Made by a program: the position numbers and the translations under genes | Source of the DNA: an uncultured Erythrobacter sp. | Lineage (GTDB): Bacteria > Pseudomonadota > Alphaproteobacteria > Sphingomonadales > Sphingomonadaceae | Assembly: GCA_947504155.1 (NCBI GenBank) | Contig: CANNGF010000004.1 | Span: 4,081-68,080, forward strand | DNA length: 64,000 nucleotides | Direction: 5' to 3' | Notes under the pieces: generated by a model | Database searches by the model: none | What the model saw: only the letters and a program-made list of their open reading frames with translations | What the model was told of the DNA's origin: nothing | Shown: positions 58,631 through 64,000 of the stretch, piece by piece | Numbering within the stretch: the stretch's first letter is position 1 | Layout of the letters: each line of letters opens with the position of its first letter

Positions 58631-59419
58631 TTATCCGTAGCGGCCGGTAATGTAATCCTGCGTGCGCTGTTCGATCGGGTTGGTAAATATATCGGAAGTC
58701 CGCCCATATTCCACCATCTTGCCAAGGTGGAAAAACGCCGTCCGCTGGCTGACGCGCGCGGCCTGCTGCATGGAGTGAGTTACGATAACAATGGCATAAC
58801 GACCATTGAGATCGTCAATCAGTTCCTCGATTTTTGCAGTCGCAATCGGATCGAGCGCGGAACAGGGTTCGTCCATCAGGATGACTTCCGGATCGACAGC
58901 GATGGCGCGGGCAATGCACAGACGCTGCTGCTGGCCGCCTGAAAGGGCGGTTCCGCTGTCCTGCAGGCGGTCCTTTACCTCTTCCCAAAGGCCGGCCCTG
59001 CGAAGCGACTTCTCAACCACGGCGTCCAATTCATCCTTGCCTTCGGCGAGGCCATGGATCTTGGGCCCGTACGCGATATTTTCGTATATAGACTTGGGGA
59101 ACGGGTTGGGCTTCTGGAACACCATACCCACCCGAGCACGCAGCTGGACGACATCGAGCTTCGGCGAATAAATATTCTCACCGTCGAGCGTGATCTCGCC
59201 TTCGACCCGCGCCGAGGGAATCGTGTCGTTCATGCGGTTGAGCGAACGCAGAAAAGTCGATTTACCGCAGCCGGAGGGACCGATGAAGGCAGTCACGTAT
59301 TCGGTCGGAATGTCGATCGACACGTCATCGATCGCTTTTTTCTGACCGTAGAATACGGACACGTCGCGCGCGCTCATCTTGGCGTCGACGTTCTCTAAAT
59401 TTTCGTGAACTACGGTCAC
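58631..59419 (-). CDS. pstB: Phosphate ABC transporter ATPase PstB
   Basis: [23 protein letters not shown] and DEPCSALDP motifs. Confidence 0.96.
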   Translation of the reverse strand: MTVVHENLENVDAKMSARDVSVFYGQKKAIDDVSIDIPTEYVTAFIGPSGCGKSTFLRSLNRMNDTIPSARVEGEITLDGENIYSPKLDVVQLRARVGMVFQKPNPFPKSIYENIAYGPKIHGLAEGKDELDAVVEKSLRRAGLWEEVKDRLQDSGTALSGGQQQRLCIARAIAVDPEVILMDEPCSALDPIATAKIEELIDDLNGRYAIVIVTHSMQQAARVSQRTAFFHLGKMVEYGRTSDIFTNPIEQRTQDYITGRYG

Positions 59420-60666
59420 CACTTTTTCTCGAACTTGTTGCGCAGGTAGATGGCGAGGCCGTTCATCAGCAGGAGGAACAGCAAGAGGACAATGATAGCA
59501 GCGCTGGTGCGCTCTACAAAGCCGCGGTCGATTTCGTCTGACCAGAGGAAGATCTGCATCGGCAGCACGGTTGCAGGCGCGGTGAAATTATCGGGCGGAC
59601 TCGCCACGAAAGCGCGCATGCCGATCATCAGCAGCGGTGCGGTCTCGCCCAATGCACGCGCCATACCGATGATCGTACCGGTAAGAATTCCGGGCAGGGC
59701 AAGCGGCAGCACATGATGGAAGACGACCTGTACCGGCGAGGCACCGACAGCGAGCGCACCGTCACGGATACTCGGAGGCACAGCTTTAATGGCGTTACGG
59801 CCCGCAATTACGATCACAGGCATCGTCATCAGTGCCAAGGTCATCCCCCCGATCAACGGCGCCGATCGGTAGCTTGGGAAGATGGTCAGGAATACGGCGA
59901 GACCAAGCAGGCCGAAAATTATCGAGGGGACGGCTGCCAGATTGTTGATCGACAGTTCGATCACGTCCGTCCAGCGATTTTTCGGAGCATATTCTTCGAG
60001 ATACAAAGCTGCGAGAACGCCAATCGGAAAGGCGAGTGCCAGTGTGACGATCATGGTCAGGATCGAGCCCTTGAGCGCCCCCCATATACCGACCTGCTGG
60101 GGGTTGGTCGCATCGGCGCGGGTAAAGAAACCCCCATCGAAATTCTTTTCCAGCTTGCCCGTATCGACAAGCTGCGCCGCCAGCGCGCGCATTTCTTGCG
60201 ATCCCTCGCCATCGAGTCCGGACGCAAGGTCGGCACTGGCGGGTAGCCAAAAAGTGGCCTTACGCTGCAGTAGTGCTGGATCAGCAGCGATTTCCGCAGC
60301 GACATCGCGCCATGCCTGTCCGCCGATTTCGCTTGCGCCTTCGTTACCAAGGGATTGCTGCGCAAAATATTCGACAACTTGGGGTAAGCCCTGAGCTTCA
60401 AGCGACCGAAGGACATCACCTGCATCAGTTGATGAGGCGTCAATCGAGATGCCAGCCTGAGTGAAGTCGATAGGCACTTCGACTTCCGCACGCTGAAAGC
60501 CCCCGATGCCGTTTATGGTCATCGTGCCCAGCAAATAAAGCAGCACGAGAATCGAAAAGACGATTGCGCCAAGGCCCATGGCCTTGAACCGCTTTTCCGC
60601 GGCGTAGCGCTTTTTGAGCCGCGCTTCGAAAGCGGGCGTGCGCGTGGGGGCGATCTGCTCACTCAT
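59416..60666 (-). CDS. pstA: Phosphate ABC transporter permease PstA
   Basis: NLAAVPSI and ARALGETAP motifs. Confidence 0.93.
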   Translation of the reverse strand: MSEQIAPTRTPAFEARLKKRYAAEKRFKAMGLGAIVFSILVLLYLLGTMTINGIGGFQRAEVEVPIDFTQAGISIDASSTDAGDVLRSLEAQGLPQVVEYFAQQSLGNEGASEIGGQAWRDVAAEIAADPALLQRKATFWLPASADLASGLDGEGSQEMRALAAQLVDTGKLEKNFDGGFFTRADATNPQQVGIWGALKGSILTMIVTLALAFPIGVLAALYLEEYAPKNRWTDVIELSINNLAAVPSIIFGLLGLAVFLTIFPSYRSAPLIGGMTLALMTMPVIVIAGRNAIKAVPPSIRDGALAVGASPVQVVFHHVLPLALPGILTGTIIGMARALGETAPLLMIGMRAFVASPPDNFTAPATVLPMQIFLWSDEIDRGFVERTSAAIIVLLLFLLLMNGLAIYLRNKFEKKW

Positions 60667-62044
60667 AAGCTTCGCGGAACCTTTTGACGACGCGCAGGGC
60701 GATGAAGTTGAGAGCCAGCGTGACGAGGAACAGTACAAACCCCAGGGCAAACGCGCTCAGCGTGGCCGGGTGATCAAAACTGCCTTCGCCGGTCAGCATG
60801 GCGACGATCTGGACAGTCACGGTCGTCATGGACTCCAGAGGGTTTGCACTGAGATTGGCGGCAGTTGAGGCTGCCATAACGACGATCATCGTTTCGCCGA
60901 TCGCACGGCTGACAGCCAACATGACCCCAGCGACGATACCCGGCAAGGCCGCCGGCACAAGGACGCGGCGGATCGTCTCGTTCTTAGTTGCGCCCATGGC
61001 AAGGCTACCATCGCGCATGGCTTGGGGAACAGCGGCAATGCTGTCGTCGGCCATTGATGAAACGAATGGAATGATCATCACACCCATGACGAGACCCGCG
61101 GCAAGCGCGCTTTCGCTGGATGCCGATGTGGCACCGAGAGAGATCGCGAAATCTCGAATTGCAGGTGCGATGGTGAGTGCAGCGAAATACCCGTAGACGA
61201 CGGTCGGAACGCCAGCCAGGATTTCGAGCGCCGGTTTTACCCATGCACGCAGCTTGGGGTTGGCGTATTGCGTGAGATAGATGGCGCTCATCAGACCGAG
61301 CGGAATGGCGACCAGCATCGCGATGATAGCGCCGATAAACAGAGTCCCCCAGAAGAGAGGGATCGCGCCATAGCGGCTCGCGTCGGGATTCGCCGCATTA
61401 GCCATCGGATCGGGACCCCAGTGGGTGCCGAACAGAAAATCGATAGGATTGACCATTCCAAAGAACCGGACGGTCTCGAATACCAGGCTACCGAAGATGC
61501 CAAGCGTGGTCAGGATTGCGACAAGAGAAGCGCCAAGCAGGATCGCCATTACGATCTTTTCAACGCGGTTGCGGGCCGCAAAGTCGGGCTTCAATCGCAG
61601 AAATGCATAGGCCCCGCCGAGAAAGGCGATCAACAGCGTAACGACAATCCCGATCCAGTTATACCGCGAAAGTGCCTCGCGGTAGGGTTCGACGAACTCA
61701 CGCGCGAGTGGATTGAACACGGCCTGCGAAGCGCCTGTGGCTACTGCACGGGCTTCGTTGAGAATTGTCTGGCGCTGGAAACCGAATTCCGGAAGTTGAT
61801 CGGCTGCTGGGCTTGCCAACACCGACTGTGCAACCAGACCCGGTGAGACCGCGCTCCATATCGCGACGAAGATCAATACAGGCAGTACGATCCATAACGC
61901 GACATACCAAGCATGATAGCTCGGCAGACTGGCAATACGTCCGTCTGAACTGGCGCGTCGGAAGGTCCATGCACGCGCACGAGCCGCCAACCACCCGGCG
62001 AGCCCGAGCCCGAGGGCCAGGAGGAGCAGGATAGTCAGCGACAT
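60659..62044 (-). CDS. pstC: Phosphate ABC transporter permease PstC
   Basis: LAGVPTVVYG and RAIGETM motifs. Confidence 0.93.
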   Translation of the reverse strand: MSLTILLLLALGLGLAGWLAARARAWTFRRASSDGRIASLPSYHAWYVALWIVLPVLIFVAIWSAVSPGLVAQSVLASPAADQLPEFGFQRQTILNEARAVATGASQAVFNPLAREFVEPYREALSRYNWIGIVVTLLIAFLGGAYAFLRLKPDFAARNRVEKIVMAILLGASLVAILTTLGIFGSLVFETVRFFGMVNPIDFLFGTHWGPDPMANAANPDASRYGAIPLFWGTLFIGAIIAMLVAIPLGLMSAIYLTQYANPKLRAWVKPALEILAGVPTVVYGYFAALTIAPAIRDFAISLGATSASSESALAAGLVMGVMIIPFVSSMADDSIAAVPQAMRDGSLAMGATKNETIRRVLVPAALPGIVAGVMLAVSRAIGETMIVVMAASTAANLSANPLESMTTVTVQIVAMLTGEGSFDHPATLSAFALGFVLFLVTLALNFIALRVVKRFREAYE

Positions 62045-62062
62045 CGTGGGTACATTCAAACC

Positions 62063-63112
62063 TTAGTTGAGCTCGGAGGAGTCGAGCGTATCAAAGTTGG
62101 TAGCAGCCGACATGGAGCGGGCCATCACGTCGTCCGGATTGGCAACCAACCCGATCTTCGCGAGCGGTCCGCCGCGGTCCCACATTTGTGTCCACTGGGC
62201 CAGGAATTCCTTGAGACCCGGAATAGCATCAAGGTGAGCCTTCTTGACATAGATGTAGAGAGGACGTGCGCCAGGATATTCGAAGCTGGCGATGTTCTCG
62301 TAAGTCGGGGCAACGCCGTTCATGTTGAGGCCCTGCACCTTGTCGGCATTTTCCTCAAGATAGGAGTAGCCGAAAATCCCCACGGCATTCGGATTGCCTT
62401 CGATCTTCTGGACGATCAGATTGTCCTGCTCGCCCTGGTCGACGTATTTCCCGTCGCTGCGGACTTCGGTGCACAGCTGTGCGTGTCGATCCTTATCGCT
62501 GTCCTTCAGCGCTTCCATCTCTGCATTGGTATCGCAGCCGACTTCAAGGATCAGTTCCTTTAATGCATCGCGGGTGCCGGAGGTGCTCGGCGGGCCATAG
62601 ACCAGGATCTGCGTATCGGGCAGGGACGGATCGACGTCCGACCAGGTCTGGTTGGTCTGCTCTTGACCATACGGACGGGCCGCGAGGGCTTCGTAGACCA
62701 TCTTCGGCGTCAGGTTCATCGTGATGCCGCCTTTGGAGGATGCAAGTGCAATCCCGTCTAGGCCGACCTGAACTTCGATAATGTCCGTCACGCCATTCTG
62801 CTGACAGGTTTCGAATTCGCTGGCTTTCATGCGGCGCGATGCATTCGCGATATCGGGCGTTGCCGCACCCACACCCTGGCAGAACAGCTTCATGCCGCCG
62901 CCGGTACCGGTCGATTCGATGATCGGCGATTTGAAGTCAGGATTGGAACGCGTGAAGGTTTCCGACACGGCCTTGGCGAACGGATAAACAGTCGACGAAC
63001 CGACAGCTTTGATCTGGTCGCGCGAAGCTCCACCGCCGGCATCATTGCCGCCGCAGGCTGCGAGCGAAAGGGCCGAAGCGGCCGCGAGAGCGAATTTGAA
63101 AGTCTTGGTCAT
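62063..63112 (-). CDS. pstS: Phosphate-binding lipoprotein PstS
   Basis: Lipobox LAAC; GSSTVYPF, GTGGG and SGTRD motifs. Confidence 0.93.
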   Translation of the reverse strand: MTKTFKFALAAASALSLAACGGNDAGGGASRDQIKAVGSSTVYPFAKAVSETFTRSNPDFKSPIIESTGTGGGMKLFCQGVGAATPDIANASRRMKASEFETCQQNGVTDIIEVQVGLDGIALASSKGGITMNLTPKMVYEALAARPYGQEQTNQTWSDVDPSLPDTQILVYGPPSTSGTRDALKELILEVGCDTNAEMEALKDSDKDRHAQLCTEVRSDGKYVDQGEQDNLIVQKIEGNPNAVGIFGYSYLEENADKVQGLNMNGVAPTYENIASFEYPGARPLYIYVKKAHLDAIPGLKEFLAQWTQMWDRGGPLAKIGLVANPDDVMARSMSAATNFDTLDSSELN

Positions 63113-63161
63113 TGGTAGAAACCCCATTGGTGTCCAACTAGCCGCGCAAGAGCGCGAAATT

Positions 63162-63190
63162 GTTACATGTTGACGACAAGAGTGTGACTT
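63162..63190 (-). promoter_or_regulatory. Putative tandem Pho box upstream of pstS
   Basis: Three half-sites at exact 11-bp period on the minus strand: AAGTCAC, TTGTCGT, ATGTAAC. Confidence 0.7.
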
Positions 63191-63239
63191 TCGCTATCGG
63201 ACTGCCGAATCTGTTCGGCGGCCCATAACGTCATCGGGA

Positions 63240-64000
63240 TCAGAAATCGACCTGTGCGCGGAGTCCGAGGGCATCGACACCGTAATCTCGGTCACCATCT
63301 TCCATCGGAATAGCGGCGTCCCGATAGTCCATCCGGCCATAATTCACGCTGAACAGCGTATAATCGGTTGGCTTCCAGATCAGTGAGGCCTCATAGGCGT
63401 TCTGTATTCCGCCGACGATACCGGCATCGTTAAGGTCCAGATAGTCGTAGCGCAGATTGAACTGGAGCGAGCCGAAGCCGCCTTCGCCGACCGGATTGAC
63501 TGGCTTTACGCGGTCGAACTTTCCGCCCTTATATCCGCGCGTATCGCCTGCCGTGAGAAAATAACCCGCCTCTACATAGCCACCGAAGAAGGTCGGATTT
63601 GCAACTTCGAGCGGCGTATCAACTTTTTGCCAAAAGCCTTCGGCCGCGGTGTGGAACGGGCCGGTGATCGCTGCCGCTTCGATGCCGATGCCAAATTCGT
63701 TGTCGGCAGCGAGGTTGCGGGTGTCGACGTAACGAGTGGAAGTAAAATGCACGAACGGACGCTGGCGATAACGTACGCTTGCATCCTCATGACCAAGATC
63801 GTTGTAATGCACTGAGCCGGCAAGGTGCATCTGCACGGGCCCGATTTTAGGCATCACCACCACACGGCCGTCCACCCCGCGATTGTCGGTACCGGTATCT
63901 GCGGAATTATCCGTAAATAGGCCTGCCTGAGCGAGGATAAGACCCGAGCTATAGGAGATGGAAGCTCCGATTCGCCGCTCGAAGCCGAAAGCATCGGTAA
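63240..64000 (-). CDS. OprO/OprP family phosphate-selective porin, 5' truncated by the window edge
   Basis: Frame open to the window end (FGFERRIG...); beta-barrel pattern; C-terminal Phe (QVDF); upstream of pstS. Confidence 0.8.
   Translation of the reverse strand, partial: TDAFGFERRIGASISYSSGLILAQAGLFTDNSADTGTDNRGVDGRVVVMPKIGPVQMHLAGSVHYNDLGHEDASVRYRQRPFVHFTSTRYVDTRNLAADNEFGIGIEAAAITGPFHTAAEGFWQKVDTPLEVANPTFFGGYVEAGYFLTAGDTRGYKGGKFDRVKPVNPVGEGGFGSLQFNLRYDYLDLNDAGIVGGIQNAYEASLIWKPTDYTLFSVNYGRMDYRDAAIPMEDGDRDYGVDALGLRAQVDF

Overview
High-GC alphaproteobacterial chromosome window. The gene set and order (PrsK/PrsR, tkt-gap-pgk, zapA-6S-ygfA, GAAC-N7-GAAC LexA boxes) fit Sphingomonadales/Erythrobacteraceae; this is an inference. 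Bases 1-8650 are the right end of an accessory island anchored at the 3' end of tRNA-Pro(CGG) by a ~703-aa tyrosine integrase. Its cargo (partial ORF | Hachiman hamAB | ynfA SMR-type exporter | Cys-rich lipoprotein) is separated by copies of a degenerate, partly palindromic ~35-bp repeat family, giving a cassette-array or integron-like layout without canonical attC sites. One repeat copy is interrupted by a 158-bp element with perfect 18-bp terminal inverted repeats and a GGGTC direct repeat. The rest is mostly core genome: thyA, bkd operon, tRNA-Asp, Fpg/Nei glycosylase, 6S RNA, tkt-gap-pgk-fba, thiE, cell-wall enzymes, efp, suhB, tRNA-Leu, aceA with a RamB-like regulator, prsKR, panB, transporters and the pst/pho operon. 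At 46.3-55.8 kb an SOS mutagenesis cassette is split: imuA-imuB, then an antisense PilZ gene, then radical SAM - DUF4130/UdgX - dnaE2, each half with its own exact LexA box. No database searches were run. All product calls come from motifs read in the translations. Where I moved a start away from the ORF track, the choice is my judgement.
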